Assembly (NCBI GenBank): GCA_951406725.2
Contig: OX597836.1
Span: forward strand, 33,108,001 to 33,172,000
DNA: 64,000 nt
Direction: 5' to 3'
Origin: Octopus vulgaris
Lineage: Eukaryota
A program made the position numbers and the translations under genes. Below the pieces are notes generated by a model. It did no database searches. It was not told the DNA's origin and worked only from the letters and a program-made list of their open reading frames with translations. This document shows positions 38,229 through 52,375 of this stretch, one piece after another. How positions within the stretch are numbered: the stretch's first letter is position 1; each line of letters starts with the position of its first letter.

Positions 38229-38501
38229 CTAAGGAGAGAAAGAAAAAGACAGTGAAAACGGAGATGAAAATGTGTGTGTGTGTGTTGGGGGGGAGAGAAC
38301 TGAAAATGTGTGTGTGTGTGTGTATGTTGGGGGGGAGAGAACTGTAATATTATGTTACAGTAAGCAGGAATCTGAACTTGGATCCCCACCCTTAAATTTC
38401 AGTTAAGAGCAAGTGTAAAGAGCTCCTTTGGTCATGAACGACCATGGGATTGCACCTAGAAAGTTCCTCTCCAAGGTACAAGTTTGGTCAAAGTTGTTTA
38501 A

Positions 38502-38720
38502 CCCTTTCGTTACTGTATTTATTTTGAAGTGCGCTGTGTTCTTTTCAATTACTTTAAATATAACAAAGAATTTAGTAAAATAACTTAGTTATCATTGAGC
38601 TAGTGTTAGGAACATAAATTGTGACTAAGGTTTGATGGAAGATTTTAATTCAAAACTCATGAAAACAAGACATTTGTACTCAGAGCCAGAGCCGGTTTCA
38701 GCCGGGTTAGTAACAAAAGG
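38502..38720. mobile_element. piggyBac-type MITE inserted in SINE D
   Basis: Matches 28100-28315; left TTAA intact, right end clipped. Confidence 0.8.
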
Positions 38721-40315
38721 CACAAGTCTGGTCAAAGTTGTTTAAGGATGACCAGCAGTCGCCCAGGCATACCAGTCTCCCTTCTCCATGCCACCGATGT
38801 TATCATCCGAGGGAAAGACAAAGGCCGATGCAGCTTGGCACCAGTAGCATCACAACTCATTTCTACAGCTGGCTAATGGATCCGCCAGCTTGCTGCCTCA
38901 ATAATAATGATAAACCTTTCTACTATAGGAACAAGGCCTGAAATTTGGCAGAGGGGGGTAAGTTGATTACATCGATCCCAAAGTTCAACTGGTAATGAAA
39001 GGTAAATTCTGCGTAGGTGGAATTTGAACTCAGCAACATTTCATCTATCTTTTATATTCTAAGTATTTTGCTGGGCATGTAATCAATTCCGCCAGCTCAG
39101 CACCTTATACACATTATCATCATCATCGCTTAGCGTCCACTATCCATGCTGGCATGGGCTGGACAGTTTGACATGGGGCTGGATAGCCATGGAACTGTTC
39201 AGATTCCAGCTCTCTGTTGTGGCATGGTTTCTATGGCTGGATGCCCTTCCTAATGCCAACCACTTTATAGAGTGAGCTGGGTGCTTTTTATGTACCACGG
39301 GCATGGATGCATTTATGCAGCACCAGCAGTGGAGGCGCAATGGCCCAGTGGTTAGGGCAACGGACTCGTGGTCGGAAGATCGCGGTTTCAGTTCTCAGAC
39401 CAGGCATTGTGTGTGTTTATTGAGCGAAAACACCTAAAGCTTCACGAGGCTCTGGCAGGGGGTGGTGGCAACCCGTTGTACTCTTCCACTCACTCTTTCT
39501 TCCTGTATCTTGTCCCAGACTTCCTACACAACCGCTGAGCCTGGATGTGCATTCATCCATCCGTCGATGCTCTTGGTGTCGGGGGTTGACCTGCTTTCTC
39601 TTCTGCGGGTCTTACGAATAGCAAAGGACCACGTTTCGGACTTCTCCCACTGGGACGAAGACCGCTTCGCTCAGCAAACAAACAAGCAGCACCAGCATGG
39701 GTGCATTTACTCAGCACTGGCATGGGTGTGTTTACGTAGCACCAAACACGGGTGCATTTATGTAGCAATGGCACGAGTGCATGTATGTGCACCAGGCTCC
39801 AGTCTGATCTGGCAAGGTTTCTACAGCCAGATGCCCTTCCTAATGCCAACCACTCTGAGAATGTAGTGGGTGCTTTAGAAATGCCACTGGCACGGGGGCC
39901 AGTCAGGCAGCACTGGCAATGACCATGCTCGAATGGTGTCTTTTATGCACCACTAGCACAAAAGCCAGTCATCTGGTGCTGGATATATATGATATATAGC
40001 ACTGGATAGATATATGATATGTAGCACTGGGTTCATTTATGTAACACTGGCATGAGTGTGTTTATGCAACACCAGCACAGGTGCGCTTACATAGTACCAC
40101 CACAGGTGTGTTTATATAGCACCAGCATGGATGCATTAACACAGTACCAGCACATGCTTTATACATATATATATATGAAGAAAGAGGAGAGAATGACATT
40201 CTCACACAAACAAATACAGCTATGAACACAGAGACAGACAAAACAAACACATATGCTGCATGCATAGAGAGAGAGAGAGAGAGAGAGAGAGGTGGAAAGA
40301 AATGAGTTTACCAAC

Positions 40316-40437
40316 CTATTTTTGTTGCACTGTATATGTTTTCAATTGAGAAAACTCCTCCCAGACCATAAAGCAACACCTTAGCTAATGCAGGCACAAG
40401 CTGAGTGGTTGTCACTAACACATTTACACAGTTAGAT
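40316..40437 (-). CDS. eya: eyes absent exon (122 nt), HAD motif II region
   Basis: [40 protein letters not shown](G); acceptor cttttcag, donor GTTGGT. Confidence 0.97.
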
Positions 40438-41516
40438 CTGAAAAGATTTAAAAAAATAAATAAATAAATGTGTGTCATATGGATAGGCTTCTGAACAATC
40501 TCCATTTATCAAATATTCGCATATACTAAATTTTCCAAACAGATTTTCAGTTTTAAAAAAGGGGGTAGGTTGACCTATACACCAAAACGACTTTGGAGGA
40601 CCAAAAATGTGGCAGGATTTGGAAAGATAGTGACAATGTTTGAATGTTTACACTATATACTATGTTGATTTGTGTGCCAGAAACTACTGTATGTATCTAT
40701 GTATGAGCCAACGAAGGAAACTTCTACATGGCTGTTCAACCTGCTAGAAATAGCAGCTGAATTTCTTTCAAATTGTACCCTTCTTGTCTTATGTATGCAC
40801 ATACCATATTTTCTGGCTTATTTTCAGATAAAAATTGGTAGGTCAACTTTAGAGAATCTGAAGAGACAAGGGCTGCATGAAAAGCAAAAGTCCCATTGAA
40901 TCCCAACTTGGCTATTAGATTCCCCATTATAACCACAGATTTTATACCAAAATAGGCCTAAAAAGCAACCTCAGGATCCACAAAATGTAAAGCTGACAAC
41001 CCAGTTATCTTCAGTGACATGAAGGACAAATCTATATATATATATAAGGGATAGTTATGATCCTGGCTACAGGATTATTACATAGTTCCCTATGTTGTAG
41101 CTTGTAATGTATAACATTGTAAGAGATATGGAATAAATTGTTTGTTTACAGAAACAAGTGTTATGTCACTTTCATGTCCCTCCATTCTACATTTAAGTTG
41201 TTATTTTTATAAACATATATCATCATTGTTCAACATTCACTTTCCATGCTGGCATGGATTGGATGGTTTGATTGAGGACTGGAAAGCCAGGAGGCTGCAC
41301 CAGGCTCCAATCTGATCTGGCAAGGTTTCTACAGCTAGATGCCCTTCCTAATGCCAACCACTCCGAGAATGTAGTGGGTGCTTTTTACATACCACTGGCA
41401 CGAGGGCCAGTCAGGCAGCACTGGCAACGACCATGCTCGAATGGTGTCTTTTATGCGTCACTGGCACGAAAGCCAGTCAGGTGGTACTGGATATATATAT
41501 ATATATATATAATATA

Positions 41517-41884
41517 TAGCTTGCTAACCAACCACATGGTTCCGGGTTCAGTCCCACTGCGTGGGATCTTGGGCAAGTGTCTTCTGCTATAGCCCCGGGC
41601 CGACCAATGCCATGTGAGTGGATTTGGTAGACGGAAAGTGAAAGAAGCCTGTCGTATATATGTATATATATATGTGTGTGTTTGTGTGTCTGTGTTTGTC
41701 CCCCTAGCATTGCTTGACAACCGATGCTGGTGTGTTTACGTCCCCCGTCACTTAGCGGTTCGGCAAAAGAGGCCGATAGAATAAGTACTGGGCTTACAAA
41801 GAATAAGTCCCGGGGTCGATTTGCTCGACTAAAGGCGGTGCTCCAGCATGGCCGCAGTCAAATGACTGAAACAAGTAAAAGAGT
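41517..41884 (+). mobile_element. SINE family A in eya intron
   Basis: Matches family A; tail ends about 30 bp from the donor at 41915. Confidence 0.9.
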
Positions 41885-41915
41885 ATATATGATATACAAA
41901 ATATAATGTACGTAC

Positions 41916-42030
41916 CTGGTGTTGATTATGTTGAGAGATTTCAATGCCATTGTTAGCCAACTGTCTGTGATGTTTTCAATTTCTTGCCTCAATTGAAGCC
42001 ACTGTTCCCGTTTCTGCGGACCTAATAAAC
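41916..42030 (-). CDS. eya: eyes absent exon (115 nt)
   Basis: [37 protein letters not shown](R); acceptor cattccag, donor GTACGT. Confidence 0.96.
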
Positions 42031-42746
42031 CTGGAATGCAACAAAAACGGCAACATGCATTAATATGCAAGAACAAATACGTGAAAAGGAGTGTCAGAGT
42101 GTGTGTGTATGTGTGTAGTCATTTCCGTCTTCCAAATCCATTCACAAGGCTTATAGCAGAATACACCTGCCCAAGGTGTGCTACACAGTGGGACTGAACC
42201 CAGAACCATGCAAAACTGCGATTGTCAATAAAATAAAATTTTATTCTTCCTGAATGGCTTGATACTAAGTGACCCAATGGCCTGGTACTGGTCTGTAAGC
42301 TGGTGGTTGGGGGTCTGCTGCCCCAGGGGACCAAAGGTATGAGTGTGATAGTAAGGATATATTTCTTTATTGCCCACAAGGGGCTAAACATAGAGGGGAC
42401 AGACAAAGGGATTAAGTCGATTATGTTGACCCCAGTGCGTAACTGGTACTTAATTTATCGACCCCGAAAGGATGAAAGGCAAAGTCGACCTCGGCGGAAT
42501 TTGATAGTAAGGATAATGGTAGTGATGGTATTTAATCTCTTAAGGTATTATCCCATACATTTTCATTCAGAAATGTCTAGTAAATATATATTTGAATGAA
42601 AGTACACGTCCACTGTACTCTGGGGTATTTGCCACTTATTTCTAACTGCAAATACCTTGTTCTTGATGTTACCCCCCTTTTTTATCCTAAAATGTCAGTA
42701 ACTATCATTTCTATCAGTAACTTCATAATAAATCAATAACTAAACA

Positions 42747-43143
42747 TAGGCGCAAGAGTGGCTGTGTGGTAAGTAGCTTGCTTACTAACCACATGGTTCC
42801 GGGTTCAGTCCCACTGCATGGCATCTTGGGCAAGTGTCTCCTACTATTGCCTCGGGCAGACCAAAGCCTTGTGAGTGGATTTGGTAGACGGAAACTGAAA
42901 GAAGCCCCTTGTATATATGTATATATATATGTGTGTGTGTGTATGTTTGTCCCCCTAGCATTGCTTGACAACCGATGCTGGTGTGTTTACGTCGCCGTCA
43001 CTTAGCAGTTCGGCAAAAGAGAGCGATAGAATAAGTACTGGGCTTACAAAGAATAAGTCCCGGGGTCGATTTGTTCGACTAAAGGCGGTGCTCCAGCATG
43101 GCCGCAGTCAAATGACGGAAACAAGTAATAGAGTAAAAGAGAG
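42747..43143 (+). mobile_element. SINE family A in eya intron
   Basis: Full length; tail ends about 26 bp from the donor at 43169. Confidence 0.9.
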
Positions 43144-43169
43144 AGTGATCCAAAATGACAAATACCAAC

Positions 43170-43330
43170 CTCCTACATTATTTCTGTAACTATTGTATAT
43201 CTCCTTTATCCGTCGGTACCGAAAGGCGAGCTTCCGCATCCAGTCGACTCCTCCACGAACACCAGTGGCTATACACAGATTTGCATTGGTGGTGGCTGCA
43301 TGGAAACCATCAGTTGCAAAGTTATATGAA
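43170..43330 (-). CDS. eya: eyes absent exon (161 nt)
   Basis: [53 protein letters not shown](G); acceptor atttccag, donor GTTGGT. Confidence 0.97.
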
Positions 43331-43487
43331 CTGGAAATATAAAAAAAAAAAGAATAAAAGAAAAATATGAAAAACAATAAAACAAATCATCGTCTTTGTC
43401 ATTATCATCATGGGGCAGACGGAGTTTTCTTGAGATGGATTTCCTACGGCTGGATGCTCTTCCTGTCACCAACCCTTACCTGTTTGC

Positions 43488-43712
43488 CAGCTGGCAGAAC
43501 CGTTAGCACGCCGGGCGAAATGCGTAGCCGTATTTCGTCTGCCGTTACGTTCTGAGTTCAAATTCCGCCGAGGTCGACTTTGCCTTTCATCCTTTCGGGG
43601 TCGATAAATTAAGTACCAGTTACGCACTGGGGTCAGTATAATCGACTTAATCCGTTTGTCTGTCTTTGTTTGTCCTCTCTGTGTTTAGCCCCTTGTGGGT
43701 AGTAAAGAAATA
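43488..43712 (+). mobile_element. SINE family B (Meta-domain-like)
   Basis: Core GAGGTCGACTTTGCCTTTCATCCTTTCGGGGTCGATAAATTAAGTACC resembles the Meta/Sauria SINE central domain; copies at 47380-47597, 61654-61885, 29395-29580 (+) and 24800-25410, 31350-31570, 42362-42503, 44538-44958, 56455-57358 (-). Confidence 0.85.
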
Positions 43713-44614
43713 GGTTACTATTCTCCCGTAACGAGATACATTATGGTGGAAAATTGGAAATGGACACCATTTGCAGGACAGTCACATTCGTTTACAACTA
43801 TCACACAATGTGAAGGCAAGGAGACAGTGACACACACACACAGGCATACAACAGGCTTCTTTTAGTTTCCATCTACTAGACCCACTCACAAAGTTTTGGT
43901 AAACAAACTTCTAACCACACAGTCTACATCCAGGTTGCAAAATACTGCCTCCAAGAAGGATCCACCTAACCCATGCCAGCATGAAAAAAACAAACAAACA
44001 TAAAACTAATGAACACACACACACACACAAATGCATACATCATAACATCACAAAACCACCCCATGGCACACAACCATTTCACTTCATACCAACACACACA
44101 CATGACTTATTGTTCGTCAATGAGAGAGGCCAGATAGTATTGGCAACCTGCAAGTGACAAGTGATTAGATCCTCGACATAATAGATAGACAAGGTGGCTG
44201 CCGGTGGCATTTAAGTAGAGTATTATTACATCGCTTTATTCAATCCACTCCTCTCTGGCATTTTTCACATACTGAGAGCTCTGGAGTAGCCAGTTCCCCC
44301 TTGCTGCACCCTGTCTGGGTCATGGTCAATAGCACTCAACAAAGCTTACTTGTGCCTCATGCAATCTGGGACCTTCTTTGTTCATTCATTGGATCCCATT
44401 AATTCTTGAATTCCATACAAAATTATCTCAATCCAAACCCTAAGTCTGTAAAGTAAAGAAACATCTTTTCCATCTCAAAACACCTAGTCAACTGGTGATG
44501 GTGATGATGATGAAAATAATAACAATAATTATTATTATTTCTTTATTGCCCACAGTGGTGCTAGACATAGAGGGAACAAACAAGGACAAAGGGATTAAGT
44601 CGATTACATCAAAC

Positions 44615-44840
44615 CCAGTGCATAACTGGTACTTATTTAATCAACTCCAGTGCGTAACTGGTACTTATTTAATCGACCCCAATATGTAACTGGTACTTAT
44701 TTAATCGAACCCAGTGCATAACTGGTACTTATTTACTCGAACCCAGTGCATAACTGGTACTTATTTAATCGACCCCAGTGCGTAACTGGTACTTATCTAA
44801 TCGACCCCAGAGCGTAACTGGTACTTATTTAATCGACCCT
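44615..44840 (+). repeat. 32-bp tandem array (7 copies) inside a SINE B
   Basis: Unit CCAGTGCGTAACTGGTACTTATTTAATCGACC; no spacers. Confidence 0.92.
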
Positions 44841-45178
44841 GAAAAGATGAAAGGCAAAGTCAATCTCAGAAGAATTTGAACTCAGAATGTAAAGACAGAT
44901 GAAATTCCGTTAAGCATTTTGGCAGGCATGCTAATGATTCTGCCAGCTCACTGCCTTAATAATAATAATAATAATAATAATGGTTTCAAATTTTGCCAGA
45001 AGGGCAGCAATTTTGTGGGAGGGGATGAGTCGATTACATCGGTTCCAGTGTTCAATTGGTACTTATTTTATCGACCCTGAAAGGGCGAAATACTGATAAA
45101 CATTTTATCCCGTGCACTAACTGACTGTTCCTTTCCCCATAATTTCAGGGTTTGGGCCTATGCAAGAAATAATCACCA

Positions 45179-45580
45179 CTCTTTTACTCGTTTCAGTCAT
45201 GTGACTGTGGCCATGCTGGAGCACCGCCTTTAGTCGATCAAATCAACCCCAGGACTTATTCTTTGTAAGCCTAGTACTTATTTTATTGGTCTCTTTTTTG
45301 TTGAACCGCTAAGTTACGGGGGACGTAAACACACCAGCATTGGTTGTCAAGCAATGCTAGGGGGACAAACATAGACACACAAACACGCACACACACATAT
45401 ATATATATATATACATATATACGACAGGCTTCTTTCAGTTTCCATCTACCAAATCCACTCACAAGGCTTTGGTCGGCCCGAGGCTATAGTAGATGACACG
45501 TACCCAAGGTGCCACGCAGTGGGACTGAACCCTGAACCATGTGGTTCGTAAGCAAGGTACTTACCACACAGCCACTCCTA
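45179..45580 (-). mobile_element. SINE family A
   Basis: Full-length match; an oppositely oriented copy lies at 45888-46300. Confidence 0.9.
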
Positions 45581-46040
45581 CCACCAACATCATCTTTTCA
45601 GAAGTGTGTGTACGTATGCGAGTGCTATGAGGGTGTATATTGTGTATACGCATATTTGTGAACAATAGTATCATATTCAGTTACAACTATCTACCGGGTC
45701 ACTCTGTGGTTCACTGCACCATTTACAGCTTTTGTCACTCTACCCTAATTACTACTACTAGTAGTAACTAAGGTGTGTTTTTTTTTTTAAATTTTTATTT
45801 TCTTATTTTTATTTAAAGCCACTGTGCATCTGTTTATTTGTCTGTCTGTGTATCTACCTCGTCTGTTTGTGTTCATTAGTCACATATATGGAGTGGCTGT
45901 TGCTTACCAACCACATGGTTCTGGGTTCAGTCCCACTGTGTGACACCATGGGCAAGTGTCTTCTACTATAGCCTTGGGCCAACCAAAGCCTTGTGAGTGG
46001 ATTTGGTAGGCGAAAGTTGCAAGAAGCCCATCGTACGTAC

Positions 46041-46090
<50 letters not shown>

Positions 46091-48030
46091 TTGTGTTCTG
46101 TGTTTGTTCCCCCCACCACATCGCTTAACAACCAAAGTTGGTGTGTTTACATATCTGTAACTCAGCGGTTTGGCAAAAGAGACTGTTAGAATAAGTCCTA
46201 GGCTTATAAAGAATAAGTCCTGGGATCGAGTTGTTCGACTTAAAAGTGGTGCTCCAGCATGACCACAGTCAAATGACTGAAACAAATAAAAGACTAAAAG
46301 AAAAAGAATATATACCCCATAACATATATACACCCTTTACGAGGACCTGTTTCACAAGCTTTTACAAGATTCATTTTCTGTTTACGAGTGTTGTTTGGGA
46401 ATGAACTCGTATATCGAGGCATATGTCTTTTACTTGTTTCAGTCATTTGATAGTGGCCATGCTGGAGCACCGCCTTTAGTCGAAGAAATCGACCCCAGGA
46501 CTTATTCTTTGTAAGCCTTGTACTTATTCTATCAGCCCCCCCCCCCCCTCCGAACTTGTAAGTAACGGTGGACGTAAACACACCAACATCAGTTGTCAAG
46601 CTAACGATTCTGCCAGCTCGCGACCTTCACCTTAATAAAAACGAATAATCTTCTCTATTACATGCACAAGGCCTGAAAAATTTGGTGGATGGGGCTACTT
46701 GAATACATGACCCCTAGCAGTCAACTGGTACTTATTGTATTGACCCTGAAAGGATGAAAAGCAAAGTCAATCTCGCTGGAATTTGAACTCAGAACATAAA
46801 GACAGATGTTGCATATGGCAACGATTCATCCAGCTCCACACCTCGCACTTTCTGGATTACGCTAAAGGACTGCAATTTTAGGGGCTGCAGGGTTTGGTCT
46901 ATCTATATTAACAAACCGAGTCCTTGCCTGGAAACTTTATTTTAACAACCGCCCCACCCACAGGAGGGATGAAAGGCAAAGTTAATCGCTGTGCTTATTA
47001 CAAACTTTATCGGTAGTAAGTAGATTATTAAACCTTATCAACTGATTAAGGGTTTTTACAATCTATTACCAATAATATTATTATTAGTTATTTATTAACA
47101 GTTTGTTAATTATAAATTTCTTAATACTTTTATCCTGATAAGTATACTGTTAATAAGTTAATCCCTAACAATAAGTCAAATTACAAATAAAATTTATTAC
47201 TAATTAATTTTATCGCTCAAATGTTTATTAATTAATAATAAACCTCAATGTTAATAAGCTTGTTATTACTAAGTTTCTAAACCATATGATAATCCTTTCT
47301 ACTAAATGCACAAGGCCTGAAATTTTTTTGGTGGGGGAGGAGGAGTCGATTACATTAAATTCAGATTAAATTAAATTTAAGGCGGCGAGCTGGCAGAATC
47401 GTTAGCACGTCGGGCGAAATGCTTAGCAGTATTTCGCCTGCCACTCCGTTCTGAGTTCAAATTCCGCCGAGGTCGACTTTGCCTTTCATCCTTTCGGGGT
47501 CGATTAAATAAGTACCAGTTATGCACTGGGGTCGATATAATCGACTTAATCCGTTTGTCTCTCTGTGTTTAGCCCCTTGTGGGTAGTAAAGAAATAGATT
47601 ACATTAAATTCAGTGTGTAATTGGTACTAATTTCCTAACCCTGAAAAGATGAAAGGAAAAGTTGACTTTGGCAGAATTTGAACTTAGGACGTAAGGACGG
47701 ATGACATGTGGCTAAGCATTCTGGCTGATGTGCTAATAATATATGATGTGGCACAGCAAAATCTGAAAGGGAACCAACATGGTACATTAAACAGCAGGCT
47801 CTGTCCTGGAACCCAGAAGGGAAGCAGGAAAGAGGGATGCCCTAAAAACTAATGGAGTCAGGATACTGAAGCAAAGTTGAAAATGCTGTGATCCAAATAG
47901 AGAGAAGTGGAAAAGACAATCTCGGGATGGGAACAGTGAAGGAAAGTCATCGATGATCTTTGCTCGAAAGGGATCAAAGGGGTTCCACAGGAAGTAGGGG
48001 ACTTAATTGAATGAGTAAAAGCGGTTCTTA

Positions 48031-48165
<135 letters not shown>

Positions 48166-48168
48166 TTA

Positions 48169-48522
48169 CTAGCACTATGAACCGGCAACACCGGGTCATG
48201 GTGCTACTGCATGCATATACAGCCGCGTGCGTGCGCACATACACGCAAGTACTGTCCAAATCTCCGACCAATCACATACAGCTAGCTGGCATTCAATTGG
48301 CGTATCAAGTTTTGGGCATTTTGACTGGGTTTTGGATAGAAAATTCACAAAAAAGTCACTTCTATTGATATTTTAATGGCTTTGCGGGGTGACTGGGGAA
48401 ATGTAAAGATGTGCACGACCACCCTTGAATGACCATAGAAAATGCAAGCCCTCTAACTGACAAATTGTGGATTTGTATAAAGGACACACACGCAGACATT
48501 TTGCCATTTATATACATAGAGA
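48169..48522 (-). mobile_element. Helitron-type element, same family as 13191-13550
   Basis: Reverse-complement match including terminal hairpin; about 78 bp from the eya acceptor at 48091. Confidence 0.8.
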
Positions 48523-51430
48523 TTATCTCCAATCAGTGAATGTGGTCATCTGGTTCCTCCAGTCACATGGCACTGGGTCGTGTCAAGAAATCTGGATGAA
48601 ACTAAAAACAACTGTTGACTACACAAGGAGTATTCCAGTTGCTCGATTCAATGGAGTTACCTACTTATTAAGATCAAAAGTATCAGAGACCAATCTGGAG
48701 CAATAAGATCGTAAAGTCAGCTTCTTGGTTTCTGTGGCACATATATTATCCCCCCCTCCCTCCGACGGGACACCCTATTGCCGTAAGATTATTCATTTTT
48801 GCCAGCAGAACAAACTGAAGCAATGTGTGAAATAAAATGTTTTGCTCAACAACACACTGTATCACCAAGTCTAGGAAATGAAACCACGCTCTTATGATCA
48901 CGAGCGCAACAGTCTAACCACTGATGCCATGCACCTCCACACTTATTAATATTGGGAGGTGTAAAGGGGCTGAGCATTCCACGGGTATTTTGTGTGTTTC
49001 ATAGAAACCTCACGTAGGGTTTTTAACAGGAAGAGTTGGCATTAGGAAGGGCATCCAGCTGTAGAAACTCTGCCAGATCAGACTGGGCCTGGTGCAGCCT
49101 TCTGGCTTCCCAGACCCCCAGTTGAACCGTCCAACCCATGCTAGCATGGGAAGCGGACACTAAACGATGATGATGATGATGATGAAGAGCATCCAGCCAT
49201 AAAAAATTTACAAATTATTTATTTGCTTGCTTTAAATATATTTAAAAAAATTTTAATGCAAAAGCTTTATAAAAGGGCCTTCGTTGTTTGAGGTCACTGG
49301 ATTTATATCTGGTCTATATTGGCCCCATATATTAAATCTGGCCCTTATCTCTCCTCAGTTTTGTAGGGTGACAACAAATGTCAAGAGGTGAGGTATCCTT
49401 GGGCCCTGAAGGGAAAGGGTCAGTCATCGGGGGATGCCAGTCCAGCCATGTTAAAGATGTCCTTTTGTGACACTTGTAATGTTCAATATTTGTTGGCAAA
49501 CAGAGGTTCAAGATGCAAACGAAGGAGAGACAAGAAAAAGAAAAGATGAGATGAAAACAGATATTCTTGCCTCCAGCTGCCTCTCAAAACCAATGGAAGG
49601 AAAGTCATGGCTTCCCCCACCACACCACACCACTTTCTTTAGATATTTCAGAAATCAGAGCCAATAGTCAAAGACACACAGACAGACAAGCAAACATAAT
49701 AATAACCAGAAATAACAACTACAACATTTGTCAGGTGACATTTTTCATGCTTGGTGAAGTGGAAAATTTTCTTTCAGAATAGAAAGAAAACAAACAAGCA
49801 AACAAGAAGTCATTAACAACAGGCGTGAATGGAAAGAGGGGGCAAAAAAAGGAACCCAATTTTATCTGTACCATGGTAAGAGATTTTAAAATGCACCCTG
49901 GGTTTCTGTGTGTGTGTATGTGTATATATGTGTATACATAAGTATATATTAGAAGGTTTGGAGATGATGTACAGGTATTTTATATTAGAAGAAATGAGGT
50001 ACTCAGAAATTCGGATGGTTTTATATTTACAGATATTTATTTGTATATTACATGTTTTTATACCTCATATAACTTATATATCATATATCATATATTAGCG
50101 CTTTCGTCCATTCTGTTGGAGTTTTCAAATTGAAGTATATAAGTATAAATATATATATATATATATCCCTCTTAATGTTTATATGTATGTATATATACAC
50201 ATACGCACACACAATATTTAAATATTTACAGGCATAGGCATGGCTGTGTGGTAAGAAATTTACTTCTGAACCATATGGTTCTCAGTTCAGTCCCACTGCA
50301 CAGCACCTTGGTGTCTTCTGCTATAGTCGTGGGCCGACCAAAGGCTTACGAGTGGATTTGGTAGATGGAAACTGTGTGTGTGTATGTATATAACTGCGTC
50401 TCCTTATCTGACACTGTGCACTGTGTCCCAGCTGCAAATGCAAGTCACTGGCATACAAGTGGTGTCTTCCGTTTTGAATCTTCTGTGAAGAACATGTCTG
50501 GCTAATGGGGAAATATTACCTTATTTGGAAAGAGGTGAGGGTTTGTGACAGGAAAGGCATCCAGCTATAAAAAAATCCACCTCAACAAATTCTATCCAAT
50601 CCATGCAAGCATGGAAAAGCAGACATTAAAGTGATGATGAAGGGATTTATGCACAAGATAAGATTTTCTGGAAAAGCTTACTGTGCCTCTGTCTGTCATT
50701 ATCTCCAATACCACCACCATCAGCATCATGGCACCAAAAACAACAAAAAAATTAAATAAAAGTAGACCACAAAACAAGAAGATAATTCCAGTGTCCAAGG
50801 AAACCATTCCTGTGTACAAACACACAGACGAATGCAGCAGTTCTAACTCTGATCCCCAAAAAGATCATTGTAATATTAATGACCATGGATGGACCCTAGT
50901 TGTCCACCCCACCGGGCACAGTATCTATTTGTCCAGTATGGAGTGTTTGATAGGATCAAAACCTGGGCACGGAACAACATCACTGAAGGATCCAAAGAAA
51001 CAGCATGGCTCTTACAATTTGGCACAAGTGTCATTGAAGGAGTTACTTATAACAAGGTTCTAGACAACGTCCAACTGCCTTAGGGGTTTCAACACATGGT
51101 AGTTCCTTGGGGTTTGCTCCTTAAGAAGGCATGTTGCTTAGTGGCCAGGGTATTCAACCCACAGTTGCAAAGCTGCAAGTTCAGTTCCTGGTGGTGTGTT
51201 GATTCCTTGAGCAAGACACTTTATTTCTTGTTGCTCCAGTTCACTCAGCTGGCAAAAACGAGTGGTACACTTGTAATTCAAAGGGTCAGCCTTGTCACAT
51301 TGTGTCACGCTGAATCTCCCTGAGAACTATATTAAGGGTTAGCATGTTTGTGGAGCACTCAGCCACTTGCATGTTAATTTCATGAGCAGGCTGTTCTATT
51401 TGACTGGGCCGACTGGAACACTTGTTGTTA

Positions 51431-51850
<420 letters not shown>

Positions 51851-52375
51851 TTAGAAATAAAAGAAATCATTGCTGCTGCCACCACCACCATCAACAGTAC
51901 CACCATTACCCATAACACCATTACAGTCAATATTACCACTATCACCATCATCACCTCCAATACCACCAGCAGCATCAGCATCATGGCACCAAAAACAACA
52001 ACAACAAAAATTAAATAAAAATAGACCACGAAACAATAAGATAATTCCAGTGTCCCAGGAAACCAGCATCGGTTCTCAAGCGATGTTGGGGGGGCGGGAC
52101 AAACACACCTACATATATACATATATATATGACGGGCTTCTTTCAGTTTCCATCTACCAAATCCACTCACAAGGCTTTGGTTGGCCCGAGGCTATAGCAG
52201 AAGACACTTGCCCAAGGTGCTACACAGAGGGACTGAACCTGGAACCATGTGGTTTGTAAGCAAGCTACTTACCACACAGCCACTCCTACGCCTATATACA
52301 TTTAATATGAGATAATTCACGATTAATTCAAAACAAGGAGAATAAATAAGCCTTACATTTGACAGTAAGCTGAAT

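Noticed and set aside
44615-44840. CRISPR-like 32-bp palindromic repeats
   Set aside because: No unique spacers, derived from SINE interior, eukaryotic context, no cas genes.
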